Positions 1-9,066 of a DNA stretch of 64,000 nucleotides are shown here, one piece after another. The stretch covers positions 1-64,000 of IMG/VR virus record IMGVR_UViG_3300009545_000018. One strand, written 5' to 3'. Each line of letters opens with the position of its first letter. Position 1 is the first letter of the stretch. The position numbers and the translations under genes were made by a program. The notes under the pieces were generated by a model. The model was not told the origin of the DNA and ran no database searches. It saw nothing but the letters and a program-made list of their open reading frames with translations.

Positions 1-2
1 CC

Positions 3-1337
3 AAACCTTCTCATGCCAACATTGTTTTTGTTTTGGCGGATGATTTTTCCTGGGATTTGGTTCAGTACATGCCGCATTTGCAGCAAATGCAAAAAGATGG
101 CATCACTTTCCAAAATTACTTTGTCGCCAATTCTTTGTGTTGTCCTTCTAGGGCAACTATTTTCACTGGTCAATTTCCACACCACACTGGAATTTATACC
201 AATGTAGGACCAGATGGTGGCTTTGTTAAAGCTCTGACTAGTAATCTAGAAGATCGAATGTTTGCATCAACCCTACAAGGTGCAGGATATTCTACTAGCA
301 TGCTAGGTAAGTATCTGAATGGATACAATCCTCTGAAGAATCCTCCTCGTCCTAATTGGGATAACTGGATTGTTGCCGGTTATGGTTATAATGAATTTAA
401 CTATGATTTAAGTGTTAATGGTACAATTGAGCACCATGCTGCATTGCCTGAGGATTATCTGACTGATGTACTATCTACTAAAGCTCAGTCACTGCTTAGC
501 AATGAAGATCCATTCTTTTTGGAATTGGCAACCTTCGCGCCGCATGCTCCATATATTCCGGCTCCGCGGCATGCTGGTCAATTTGGCACACTGATGTATC
601 CACGCACGGCTGCCTTTGCGGCGCGTCCTAAAGATACCGATCCCATCTGGTTACAGGTAGTGCCAGCCTTGACAGATAACAACATTACATATATTGATCG
701 TGAGTATAAGTTGCGAGCGCGTTCGGTTCTGGCAATCGACGAAGCACTAGCTGCCTTGCGCGAAAAATTACCTCCCAACACCTACTTGTTTTTCAGTTCC
801 GATAATGGGTATCACATGGGAGAAAGGTCAATGAAGGCAGGCAAGCGCACGCCTTATGATTTCGATATTCGTGTACCTTTGATTGTTGTAGGTCCGGGAG
901 TGCCAGTTGGAGTTAATGTAAACGAAGTCACTCAGACTATTGACTTGTTTCCGACCTTTGCTGACATTGCTGGGGTGGCTATTCCTGCTACGGTTGATGG
1001 GCGCAGCCTATTGCCGCTCTTGCAAGGGGAGCATCCACCCTGGCGTAGTTATGCTCTGGTGGAGCATCATGGGGGACCACTTGACCCTAGTGATCCTGAC
1101 GCTTTAGACGAAGAGATTGGTGGTCCTCCTACTTATGGCGCATTGCGTTATGATAATAGCTTGTATGTAGAATATTCCAATGGTGACGTAGAGTATCATG
1201 ATTTGGCAACCGATCCACTGGAGCTTGACAATACAGTAGCAGCTTTGCCAGTTGCCAAGAAAAAAGCTCTAAGCTCCAAGCTAGCAGCTTTGCTTAACTG
1301 CAGTCCAGCAGATTGCTGGAATGTTTCTACCAAGTAA
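3..1337 (+). CDS. Sulfatase (N-acetylglucosamine-6-sulfatase-like), 5'-truncated by the window edge
   Basis: Frame is open from base 3: KPSHANIVFVLADD (NIVFxxxDD motif), CCPSR (CxPxR formylglycine motif), GKYLNG, SDNGYHMG, YDLxxDPxELxN. Confidence 0.9.
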   Translation, partial: KPSHANIVFVLADDFSWDLVQYMPHLQQMQKDGITFQNYFVANSLCCPSRATIFTGQFPHHTGIYTNVGPDGGFVKALTSNLEDRMFASTLQGAGYSTSMLGKYLNGYNPLKNPPRPNWDNWIVAGYGYNEFNYDLSVNGTIEHHAALPEDYLTDVLSTKAQSLLSNEDPFFLELATFAPHAPYIPAPRHAGQFGTLMYPRTAAFAARPKDTDPIWLQVVPALTDNNITYIDREYKLRARSVLAIDEALAALREKLPPNTYLFFSSDNGYHMGERSMKAGKRTPYDFDIRVPLIVVGPGVPVGVNVNEVTQTIDLFPTFADIAGVAIPATVDGRSLLPLLQGEHPPWRSYALVEHHGGPLDPSDPDALDEEIGGPPTYGALRYDNSLYVEYSNGDVEYHDLATDPLELDNTVAALPVAKKKALSSKLAALLNCSPADCWNVSTK

Positions 1338-1367
1338 CCCATCGAATAACGGAAGGAAGCGTATAGC

Positions 1368-1577
1368 ATGAGCCGAGACAATTTCATTGTTCAATTAGAT
1401 AATGCTTTAACTCTGCTGCGGATGACGCAACTGCGGCACAAAATGACAGGTCCTGAACTAAGCCTGTTAAACCTAGCAGTTCATCATGCCATTACCAAGA
1501 TTGATCAAGCGATTGGTCCTCCTGGTTTCGATACAGCGGCAGCATTTGAAGAATTCTTCGGACGCCCTTTGGAGTGA
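1368..1577 (+). CDS. hypothetical protein (leaderless-type)
   Basis: ATG 30 nt after motif start. Confidence 0.75.
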   Translation: MSRDNFIVQLDNALTLLRMTQLRHKMTGPELSLLNLAVHHAITKIDQAIGPPGFDTAAAFEEFFGRPLE

Positions 1578-1584
1578 GAAGTTT

Positions 1585-1617
1585 AAGGAGACTGGAAACA
1601 GTCTCCTTTTTCTTTTT
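1585..1617 (+). terminator. Rho-independent terminator
   Basis: AAGGAGACTG-GAAA-CAGTCTCCTT followed by a T-tract. Confidence 0.85.
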
Positions 1618-1625
1618 GTGGCTGG

Positions 1626-1660
1626 TGGTATTGTCTTTGCATATTGCATGACTCATGCCA
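1626..1660. promoter_or_regulatory. Face-to-face pair of sigma54-like -24/-12 sites, copy 1
   Basis: TGGTATTGTCTTTGCA (+, 1626-1641) and TGGCATGAGTCATGCA (-, 1645-1660), both GG-N10-GC. Confidence 0.55.
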
Positions 1661-1812
1661 CATACCGACAAATACCTCCCATCTAATAACGGTAAGGAAC
1701 CACTAATTGATTCTAGCTACTAAGAGTTAGCCTTAATAGTAGTTAGAAGTTGTACCATATGCTAACTATATGGTGCCCCATCTAATAACGGTAAGAGACA
1801 CCAAGTAAAAAC

Positions 1813-2055
1813 ATGCAAAAAGAATACTTCAAAGACATCGTAAGTAAATTGCCAGCCGAATCTTTTGCGGCTGAAGAGTTGCTTGTCATGGCAAGGCATC
1901 AATATCTGGAATGTGCTAAGGATTGTCTTAAACCAGGACGCGGCAAGAGTGACAATGAAGTTGGGTTTTATGCGCTCGAAGCTGCCATTCAACTACAAGA
2001 AACTATCGATGTTTTATTCTGGGATAAGAAAACTTCCCATCCAGTAACTGGTTAA
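1813..2055 (+). CDS. hypothetical protein, paralog of 38099..38314
   Basis: Shared ARHxYLxxAKDxLK...G...A...LQxxID. Confidence 0.8.
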   Translation: MQKEYFKDIVSKLPAESFAAEELLVMARHQYLECAKDCLKPGRGKSDNEVGFYALEAAIQLQETIDVLFWDKKTSHPVTG

Positions 2056-2065
2056 AGTATTAGTC

Positions 2066-2275
2066 ATGGCTGCTAAATGCAAAGGTTACAAGTTTGCGGT
2101 TGAATGTTGTGCTTTCAACGATGAATCTGCTGAGACAGATCTTGAAACCATATCGCAAACCATTAGTGTTAGTTTAGTAGCCGATTTGTTTGGAATACCT
2201 GCCGAAAAAGTAGCCGCTGCTGTTTTGAAGGTTCGCAATAAATCGGACAACTGGATCGATATTGGATATGAATAA
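2066..2275 (+). CDS. hypothetical protein
   Basis: ATG 30 nt after motif. Confidence 0.75.
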   Translation: MAAKCKGYKFAVECCAFNDESAETDLETISQTISVSLVADLFGIPAEKVAAAVLKVRNKSDNWIDIGYE

Positions 2276-2332
2276 TTTTGGGTATCTACCTTAAGAAAAT
2301 AACCCATCCTTTAACGGATAGAGATATTGAAT

Positions 2333-2515
2333 ATGAGAGATAATCAAATCGCAACAACTGAAGATGGTAGGATTTCCATTCCAGACGTTCAAATTTTCCG
2401 AGTAGAAAATGGTTGGAAGCCGGTACCACTACCAGGCTACAGTTATATTGTGGCGGTAGTTAATATGCAAGGTACTTGTATTGGTTGGATGAAGAATCCC
2501 AATCCCATCTTTTGA
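2333..2515 (+). CDS. hypothetical protein
   Basis: Start revised to the ATG 30 nt after motif 2303. Confidence 0.7.
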   Translation: MRDNQIATTEDGRISIPDVQIFRVENGWKPVPLPGYSYIVAVVNMQGTCIGWMKNPNPIF

Positions 2516-2533
2516 CGGATAGATATATCCTAT

Positions 2534-2761
2534 ATGACAATCTCTAGTGATATGAGTCGAGAGTGGGAATTGGAAGGTAAGCTGCATAGAACAGCAGGCG
2601 ATGCTTTTCGGCAATTAGTGCCATCTAAAGGCGGATGTTTGGTAGCAGCCACTGATGTTTATCTCCTGGCTCTTAAAACAGAGTTGCATAAGTGGATTGC
2701 TGAGATTGATCAAGAGTTACAAGAACGTTGTCAAGAAGAGAGCGACAATGAGTTTGGATGA
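2534..2761 (+). CDS. hypothetical protein
   Basis: ATG 30 nt after motif. Confidence 0.75.
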   Translation: MTISSDMSREWELEGKLHRTAGDAFRQLVPSKGGCLVAATDVYLLALKTELHKWIAEIDQELQERCQEESDNEFG

Positions 2762-2915
2762 ATTAAAAGAAAAGATTATTGCAACAGCTTTGGAATGGCG
2801 ATACTTGGATGAAATCGAGCCCATTCCCAGTAACAAGCCGGGCGAGAAACTGAGGGAGCTAGCTTTTCTACTAGATGAATTGAATGAATCCCATCTTATA
2901 ACGGATAAGTCATAA
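2748..2915 (+). CDS. hypothetical protein
   Basis: Internal ATG (MSLDELK) overlapping the end of the upstream gene. Confidence 0.6.
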   Translation: MSLDELKEKIIATALEWRYLDEIEPIPSNKPGEKLRELAFLLDELNESHLITDKS

Positions 2916-2920
2916 CAGTT

Positions 2921-3265
2921 ATGAAGTCTTTCAAAGTTGCTGCCAAAGAAGTGAAATGGTTGACTGAGCCAGCCTTTGCTAGCAAGAAACGAACCGTGAC
3001 AATTGAAGTCTCGGAAACCGTTAGCTTTTATAATACCTTCTGGGATGGTGGTAGTAAGAATACTTACAGGGCTGTTCGTCTGCTAGACGGCAAGGTAGCT
3101 GAACTGGAAACTGGTTCAAGTCCTTGGGCGGCTATTGCTGAGGGCAAAAGCATGACACTAGAGCCCGGCATTGCCATCGTAGAGGAAAGTGTTTTCTGTG
3201 GTAAAATAATGCCACTCAGGATTCATTTGCATCCTTCTAATATCACTCCCTTTCTCAAGGAGTAA
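2921..3265 (+). CDS. hypothetical phage protein (WDGGSK motif)
   Basis: ATG 31 nt after motif; 114 aa. Confidence 0.8.
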   Translation: MKSFKVAAKEVKWLTEPAFASKKRTVTIEVSETVSFYNTFWDGGSKNTYRAVRLLDGKVAELETGSSPWAAIAEGKSMTLEPGIAIVEESVFCGKIMPLRIHLHPSNITPFLKE

Positions 3266-3297
3266 TTCCCATCTTCTAACGGCAGAAGAGAATCAAT

Positions 3298-3513
3298 ATG
3301 ACAGAGCAAGAAATTTTAGATATGTGTGCTAAATATACTACGGTTGACAATGCTATTAGGTTGTTTAATAGTGGTCTTTTAGACACTATGTCTACTGCTT
3401 TGCTGAAGACTTGCCGTTATATTCGGTTTCAAGATGGTCATTATCGGGCGACACATGAAGGCGTTCTAGCTGGATTGAAATTTAATATTCAGATTCAAAA
3501 GATTGGGATTTGA
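3298..3513 (+). CDS. hypothetical protein
   Basis: ATG 30 nt after motif. Confidence 0.75.
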   Translation: MTEQEILDMCAKYTTVDNAIRLFNSGLLDTMSTALLKTCRYIRFQDGHYRATHEGVLAGLKFNIQIQKIGI

Positions 3514-3547
3514 TTATCCCATCTAATGACGGAAAGGTATAACTATC

Positions 3548-3892
3548 ATGGGTTGGTCTTGTAGAGCAGAAGCCGGAAATACTTTGAATGCGTGGCAAGA
3601 TGCTTGTTTTGCCCAAACTGGAATGGCTAATGTCTTTCTGAGTAAGGGAGGTAGCGAGCGCAATCAATTTGCTGGTGGTTCTAAGTACATGTTTGAAGTC
3701 TCCAATAAAGAGCATCATGATGGCGCCATTACTGGCAGCATTCAGCGCTTCGTTGATGACACTCACGTAGTTAAAGCTGGTAGCTTTCGAATTGAACCAG
3801 ACGGCACTGTGAGTAGGGCTCCTGCCTTTCTCAAAGCTATCAAGGGAAAGCTACTAACTAGAAACGGTATTGGTTCTGGTGGTCCCATCTAA
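3548..3892 (+). CDS. hypothetical protein
   Basis: ATG 30 nt after motif; stop codon lies inside the next motif. Confidence 0.8.
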   Translation: MGWSCRAEAGNTLNAWQDACFAQTGMANVFLSKGGSERNQFAGGSKYMFEVSNKEHHDGAITGSIQRFVDDTHVVKAGSFRIEPDGTVSRAPAFLKAIKGKLLTRNGIGSGGPI

Positions 3893-3913
3893 TAACGGAA
3901 TAAACCAATTAGT

Positions 3914-4138
3914 ATGAGTTTAATAACAGAACTTTCTTCTCTGAAAAAAGAGATCAATGAAATTTTCAATTCTAATATGTCATGGGAATTGAAGTATGAT
4001 TTGATCTTTAGCGAGAAGCTTTCACAACAAGTCTTCGAACTAGTCGATCTGGATTACTACGATCCTGATACTACCTATGAGGAAGACGTTACAGCTTTTG
4101 TCAAAGCCCTTAATGACAAATGTCAAGATCTATCATGA
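3914..4138 (+). CDS. hypothetical acidic protein (YYDPDTTYEED)
   Basis: ATG 30 nt after motif. Confidence 0.8.
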   Translation: MSLITELSSLKKEINEIFNSNMSWELKYDLIFSEKLSQQVFELVDLDYYDPDTTYEEDVTAFVKALNDKCQDLS

Positions 4139-4416
4139 AAAAAGAAACCTATCAAGCCGCCCGAAATCGTTTGATCCAAGAATTCAAAGACTTGGGATTT
4201 GTTGTCAAGGATACTTTAAAGGTTCCTCAAGTGGAATTGCCTACTGGCGAGACCCTTTTGTTCAAGGCACAAGCTGTCTACACCAAAAGCAACAAGCTTT
4301 CATTGTGGGTTGACATTCGTGGTATGAGTGCTAGGCAGCTAGCTATTAAAGCTGGCGTTCTGGTATCTACCTTGAATTGGATTGATGGCACGTCTCCTTC
4401 ACTTAAAGTAAAATAA
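4135..4416 (+). CDS. hypothetical protein
   Basis: ATGA coupling to upstream stop. Confidence 0.7.
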   Translation: MKKETYQAARNRLIQEFKDLGFVVKDTLKVPQVELPTGETLLFKAQAVYTKSNKLSLWVDIRGMSARQLAIKAGVLVSTLNWIDGTSPSLKVK

Positions 4417-4570
4417 TGTGTTCTAAATTATTCTACCAATTGGTCTGGAATTCCTTTGATGCTGCATTCAAAGAATATGTGTGGCATCAACACCATGCCA
4501 AACGTGATCATTGGCAATATTACTATCTAGGTTGTTAATCCCATCTACTAACGGATATACACATATGAAT

Positions 4571-4954
4571 ATGGAACTAACAATTCAATGTCCTCTGTAC
4601 CGAATTTCCTACCTACTATGTAGTGCCTTTGAAGGCGGAAGTAATTACTGGTACTCAATTAATTCCGACACTCCTCCACCCAATGGCGTTGATCTTTCCG
4701 CCTTTGACGGTCATTGGGACACAGTATATGCACATGTGCATTATCCCTTGTGTGCGGGGGGCAGCCTCACCATTAAAGATATGGAAGATAACAACAAAAC
4801 CTATACTCTATCTTTGAAAGAAATTGAACACGGGCTGAAAGTCTTCGCTGAGAAGTATCCTCGCCATTTTGGCAATTGGCTGAGTGAAGATGATGATGCT
4901 ATTACTGGCGATGTATTCTTACAATGCTGTCTTTTTGGTGAAGCTAAATACTAA
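4571..4954 (+). CDS. conserved-type phage hypothetical protein (EGGSNYW...DAITGDVFLQxxLFGE)
   Basis: Start revised to the ATG 31 nt after motif 4540. Confidence 0.8.
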   Translation: MELTIQCPLYRISYLLCSAFEGGSNYWYSINSDTPPPNGVDLSAFDGHWDTVYAHVHYPLCAGGSLTIKDMEDNNKTYTLSLKEIEHGLKVFAEKYPRHFGNWLSEDDDAITGDVFLQCCLFGEAKY

Positions 4955-4989
4955 TAATCCCATCTTTTAACGGTCTATACAGGTATAGT

Positions 4990-5274
4990 ATGAAACGTCT
5001 TAATCCCGACAAGATGCAAGCTGTAATTGAAAGCCTACAAAAGTGTGACGATTGCAGCAATTTCGCTACAACCAAAACTGGTGTTTGGGATTGCGAAGAG
5101 CACAATCTCTGTGACTTTCATTTGAAAGAACGTCGTACGGCACTTGTTGCGCGCTATGGTGATTCTTCCAAAGGAGATTGGGAAGTAGAATACCCTTATG
5201 CTAATGCCTTGCGCGCCCTATTTAATGTAACAGAGATTCCAACTGTTATTCATGACGATACTCCCATCATTTAA
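4990..5274 (+). CDS. hypothetical protein with CxxC...CxxH
   Basis: ATG 31 nt after motif. Confidence 0.75.
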   Translation: MKRLNPDKMQAVIESLQKCDDCSNFATTKTGVWDCEEHNLCDFHLKERRTALVARYGDSSKGDWEVEYPYANALRALFNVTEIPTVIHDDTPII

Positions 5275-5292
5275 CGGATAGAGATTGATACT

Positions 5293-5517
5293 ATGAAGAT
5301 TGAACAATTCCTATGGAAAACAGTTGTTAAAACTGGTCGAGAAGCTGACTTACTATTGCAACAACAACTTGTTCGTATTGTTAGTCCTAGCAAGACAACT
5401 GACGGACCAGGTTGGGATCGATTAGCAGAGTTTAATGAGGTTGTAAAGCCAACTGATACTGTCATGGTTTTCGACAAGAAAATTGGTTGGCAGACTATCA
5501 ATCATCCCTCGGAATAA
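5293..5517 (+). CDS. hypothetical protein
   Basis: ATG 30 nt after motif. Confidence 0.75.
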   Translation: MKIEQFLWKTVVKTGREADLLLQQQLVRIVSPSKTTDGPGWDRLAEFNEVVKPTDTVMVFDKKIGWQTINHPSE

Positions 5518-5519
5518 AT

Positions 5520-5756
5520 ATGTTGAAATGTATTAAAGTAGCTGATTACAGGAGGATGCCATTAGAAGTACGTACTTCTACTCTCTGCTACTTACGTGAT
5601 TTTTTTGGTGCGCCAGTAGGAACCTACTACATGAAAACGGTTCCAGGTCCAGCTGACAATAGTAGCTATCCTGCTTTAGATAATTGGTTAGTATCAGAAG
5701 GAGCCTTGTTAGGTGAGCCAGTTCTGATTAAGTTTGATAAGGTACCCATCTTTTAA
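5520..5756 (+). CDS. hypothetical protein
   Basis: ATG 2 nt after upstream stop. Confidence 0.65.
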   Translation: MLKCIKVADYRRMPLEVRTSTLCYLRDFFGAPVGTYYMKTVPGPADNSSYPALDNWLVSEGALLGEPVLIKFDKVPIF

Positions 5757-5774
5757 CGGATACAAATAACAAAT

Positions 5775-5894
5775 ATGCTGACAAATTATCACAAACAAAC
5801 TTGGCGTGGTAAAGTGTTCTTTTGGGCGACCTTACCACTAGCAATTGTTATTGTATCAGCAATGGCAGTAAAAGATCATTTCAATCGAGAATAG
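5775..5894 (+). CDS. 39-aa small membrane protein (not in ORF track)
   Basis: MLTNYHKQTWRGKVFFWATLPLAIVIVSAMAVKDHFNRE; ATG 30 nt after motif 5745, stop just before motif 5897. Confidence 0.7.
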   Translation: MLTNYHKQTWRGKVFFWATLPLAIVIVSAMAVKDHFNRE

Positions 5895-5926
5895 ATCCCA
5901 TCTGCTAACGGACGCTACCATTTGAT

Positions 5927-6136
5927 ATGACAAGGTTCGCAATTAAGAAGGGTGACAAGTTGATTTGTCTTACAACAACTCGCACAGACGGAAGCACGTT
6001 TAAGTGTTTCTATCTTTTCGAAACGGCAGCTGATTGGAATCTGTATAATGCATCTGGTAAACAGAAGTCTAATGTAGTTCGCACCTATGAAGAATATGAT
6101 GGTGAGAGCACTGTAGTTACTAACAATGGTGATTGA
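5927..6136 (+). CDS. hypothetical protein
   Basis: ATG 30 nt after motif. Confidence 0.75.
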   Translation: MTRFAIKKGDKLICLTTTRTDGSTFKCFYLFETAADWNLYNASGKQKSNVVRTYEEYDGESTVVTNNGD

Positions 6137-6174
6137 ATTTCCCATCTAATGACGGAAGTTATAATAGTTTTAAG

Positions 6175-6444
6175 ATGCCCGAAGAAAAAACAGTTGCGCA
6201 AAGGTTTGCAGAAAAAGCCAATCAAATAAATCTTGCCAAGATTGCAAGGGAAAAAGAATCTGCTGAAGAATCTTACAATAAGATCTTGAATCTTATAGAA
6301 GAAGAATCTCAAAAGGGCGAATATAAACTTGCCCTTCCTCCTAATTGTAATCCATCTTCTTTTCTTCGAGAAAGAATTTGTAGTGATGGATTTGATCTTA
6401 CATGCTTTGATAAAGTGTGGATTATTTCTTGGCAAAATAAATAA
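6175..6444 (+). CDS. hypothetical protein, distantly similar to 60857 and 61156
   Basis: Start revised; shared I...A/S.KG...GF...ISW pattern. Confidence 0.7.
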   Translation: MPEEKTVAQRFAEKANQINLAKIAREKESAEESYNKILNLIEEESQKGEYKLALPPNCNPSSFLRERICSDGFDLTCFDKVWIISWQNK

Positions 6445-6614
6445 TGAAAAATATTTTACGTACTTTTCATCATTGGGTAGAGCGCCCTTGTGTTGCTGTA
6501 ATTTATCGACAGAATCGTGCTCGACGTGAAAGGCAAGACTTTAAAGCGCCTTGGTGGTTTTCTTTAGCATCCAAGGTAGAATTCAAGCTACGCTATCTTT
6601 ACAAAAAATCTTAA
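6444..6614 (+). CDS. 56-aa hypothetical protein (not in ORF track)
   Basis: TAATG coupling; stop abuts motif 6616. Confidence 0.55.
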   Translation: MKNILRTFHHWVERPCVAVIYRQNRARRERQDFKAPWWFSLASKVEFKLRYLYKKS

Positions 6615-6645
6615 TCCCATCTGATAACGGAGTCAACCAGTTATT

Positions 6646-6897
6646 ATGACTAAAATAGTTAGTATTTATAAATGCCAAGATGATACATTTAAAGTAGATC
6701 TTTCAATATCTTTTCAAGTTATTACTAATGGTTATTTTACTCCAGAGCAAGATGCTACTTTCAAAATTAGACACTTGAGGGGCTTTACTCAAGAGCAAGC
6801 GGAATCTATTGTAGGCTTGGTAAATAGTTGTTATGACATGGGTTATGTGCAAGCTCAACGAGACCTTGCCAATCGTTTAGGTTTTAGGTTTAAATAA
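6646..6897 (+). CDS. hypothetical protein
   Basis: ATG 30 nt after motif. Confidence 0.75.
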   Translation: MTKIVSIYKCQDDTFKVDLSISFQVITNGYFTPEQDATFKIRHLRGFTQEQAESIVGLVNSCYDMGYVQAQRDLANRLGFRFK

Positions 6898-6963
6898 CCC
6901 ATCGGATAACGGCGTGAGATAACAAACGAGTCTTGCAAAAACCAAAGGAAAACAAAACTGTCA

Positions 6964-7110
6964 ATGAGTTTTAATCAGCAAACGGTTTCTAGACTAGGTG
7001 TCGCTAATCGTCCGGGCGACTATGATGCCAAAACCTTTATGGCAAAGGGGCGGCGTGCCAAAGATCGAAACGAGCAAATGTTTGCTATCAATGGATATAC
7101 TGTCGTCTGA
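6964..7110 (+). CDS. 48-aa hypothetical protein (not in ORF track)
   Basis: Motif 6898, AAAGGA SD-like sequence, MSFNQQTVSRLG... Confidence 0.55.
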   Translation: MSFNQQTVSRLGVANRPGDYDAKTFMAKGRRAKDRNEQMFAINGYTVV

Positions 7111-7292
7111 CTGCTATTCGAAATGATTTGAGTTTACTAGTTAAGTAAATATTACAATTAAATACTAAGCATGACATGTAGGCAGAGTCTTTAAACGCCT
7201 ATTGTCTCAATAAGACATAGAGGGTTTGGTGATCTCCCAAGAGTGAAAACACCATTTTATTTCCCATCTTTTAACGGATGTATGCAACAAGT

Positions 7293-7541
7293 ATGACTAA
7301 GAAAGAAAAAATTAAGTTTCTTCAATCTCTTGTTAAAGATCCAGATATGCTTGGACATGCACGCCAATCAATTGAAGATCATTTGATTGAGTTTCGTGAT
7401 AGGAGAATTTCTCAACCGTTTCGTGGCAATGGTCTGGTTGTTAGGGAACCTAACGGTAAACCTTCTGATATTATCAGACTTGGTACGGAAGATGCTGTTC
7501 GAATTGGTTTGCTTGCTATTATTGAGAAGTTAAATGGTTAA
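7293..7541 (+). CDS. hypothetical protein
   Basis: Start revised to the ATG 30 nt after motif 7263. Confidence 0.8.
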   Translation: MTKKEKIKFLQSLVKDPDMLGHARQSIEDHLIEFRDRRISQPFRGNGLVVREPNGKPSDIIRLGTEDAVRIGLLAIIEKLNG

Positions 7542-7857
7542 GACAGTTCAACAAATTTTGTACATGACTACTTACACTCCCAGCATTCGTTCTGAGGTAG
7601 ATGGCTGGACTTTTGAATGTGGTGATGTTGATATGGATAAGGTGCTTCAAGATCCCAACATTCATGTTGGATTTTTGAAAGGTTGGGAGGCGGGACTTTA
7701 TTATCATCCCAAAACTCCCGCCCATGCTTTACGATTAGGTTGGAAGCTTTTGGCTCCACCAGAAAAATTTGACATGGGTTTAGAAAAATATCCTTGGGGT
7801 TGGCACTGGATTATGGTTAGGGAAGTAGAAACCAACATGCTAGGTGCTTATAAATGA
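7534..7857 (+). CDS. hypothetical protein
   Basis: Overlap-coupled ORF. Confidence 0.75.
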   Translation: MVKTVQQILYMTTYTPSIRSEVDGWTFECGDVDMDKVLQDPNIHVGFLKGWEAGLYYHPKTPAHALRLGWKLLAPPEKFDMGLEKYPWGWHWIMVREVETNMLGAYK

Positions 7858-8093
7858 AATATACTTTAATTGGTGGAATTACACTTAAATCAAACACTGG
7901 CACTACTACGTATACTGGTCTAAAAGTAATTGGTAGTTCTTACACCGAAAATGGAATCAAAGATTTATGGAATAAAAACTATGAAGCTTGCGGTGGACTA
8001 CTGCTAGTGCTAGATGCTGAAGGTCGAGAGACTTATCCAGAAATCATCTATGATGCGATTAAACACAAAGCAGCTTATCAAATCGAATCTTGA
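7854..8093 (+). CDS. hypothetical protein
   Basis: ATGA coupling; followed by terminator. Confidence 0.7.
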   Translation: MKYTLIGGITLKSNTGTTTYTGLKVIGSSYTENGIKDLWNKNYEACGGLLLVLDAEGRETYPEIIYDAIKHKAAYQIES

Positions 8094-8096
8094 ACT

Positions 8097-8132
8097 AAAG
8101 ACCCTGAGCTTAAACAGTTCGGGGTCTTTTTT
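8097..8132 (+). terminator. Rho-independent terminator
   Basis: AAAGACCCTGAGCT-TAAAC-AGTTCGGGGTCTTT plus T-tract. Confidence 0.85.
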
Positions 8133-8143
8133 ATTTTGAGGTA

Positions 8144-8178
8144 TGGTATTGCTTTTGCATAATGCAGCAATCGTACCA
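8144..8178. promoter_or_regulatory. Face-to-face pair of sigma54-like -24/-12 sites, copy 2
   Basis: TGGTATTGCTTTTGCA (+, 8144-8159) and TGGTACGATTGCTGCA (-, 8163-8178). Confidence 0.55.
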
Positions 8179-8320
8179 CCACCTACCACTACTTACAAAA
8201 TGCCACACTGAAACTATTGCTAGTGAAAAAGTGTCTCCCATCATCAAACGGCTGACGGCGCTATTTGCAACACAATGTCAGAATACCACACTGACAACAC
8301 CCTTACCTCAGGAATATGTA

Positions 8321-8548
8321 ATGAAAGTTTTTACTGACGAATTTGTAAACGCTGTTAAAGGCAAACTGGAAACTCTTCCGGATGGTGATTATTTGACGCG
8401 AGAGAAGCTTTGCATTGCCATTAACGTTCCAGCAGTGTATGCCAATGCCATTAGCATGTTGATGGCTCAACCGGAGTTTAGTGGTTTTGAAGCCGTCAAG
8501 AGCCGAGGCATTCGACGTAAAAAGATTCAGCCGATTGCTGCTGAGTAA
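8321..8548 (+). CDS. putative winged-helix DNA-binding protein
   Basis: AGGA SD; helical body with a basic wing FEAVKSRGIRRKK, resembling the 12403 family. Confidence 0.6.
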   Translation: MKVFTDEFVNAVKGKLETLPDGDYLTREKLCIAINVPAVYANAISMLMAQPEFSGFEAVKSRGIRRKKIQPIAAE

Positions 8549-8610
8549 TTTTGCTACAATAGCTCCCATCACATAACGGAACCTATTTCCTATCTAAAGG
8601 AGATAGGAAT

Positions 8611-8916
8611 GTGAAGATTAAAATTCCGTTTTACAATCGTCTGGGTCAACAAGTAGCTGAACTGGACCACGACATTGGTCGTGGTTTTTTCTTAGTTGAA
8701 TTTCAGCAACCATTACAAAATAGGGAAGTAAGAATTTTCCCTTATAAATGGGAGATTACCGAAGATAACGGGCAAAGCGCTGCTGGAGCTTTAAAAGAAG
8801 CTCTCCGCTTTGCCTGTGATCTGCAAAAGAATTCCCATCCTCAACGGATGCTGATGCTTAATGTTCTTGGAGATAATCTCCGAAAGATAATTCATACACT
8901 TCATAGTAGGAACTAA
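8611..8916 (+). CDS. hypothetical protein
   Basis: GTG start with AGGA SD after motif 8565. Confidence 0.7.
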   Translation: MKIKIPFYNRLGQQVAELDHDIGRGFFLVEFQQPLQNREVRIFPYKWEITEDNGQSAAGALKEALRFACDLQKNSHPQRMLMLNVLGDNLRKIIHTLHSRN

Positions 8917-9066
8917 TATGCAACTTCCTCCTCTAATTGATTTTAATTTAGTGTTTGTTCCTTTTGCCAAAATTCATTTTGATGTAACGGCTAATTGCAT
9001 TGATAGTGTAGTTTACATCTTTGGAATTAGAGTGGCATATTGGGTAGCACTTAGGGAAATTTAATA

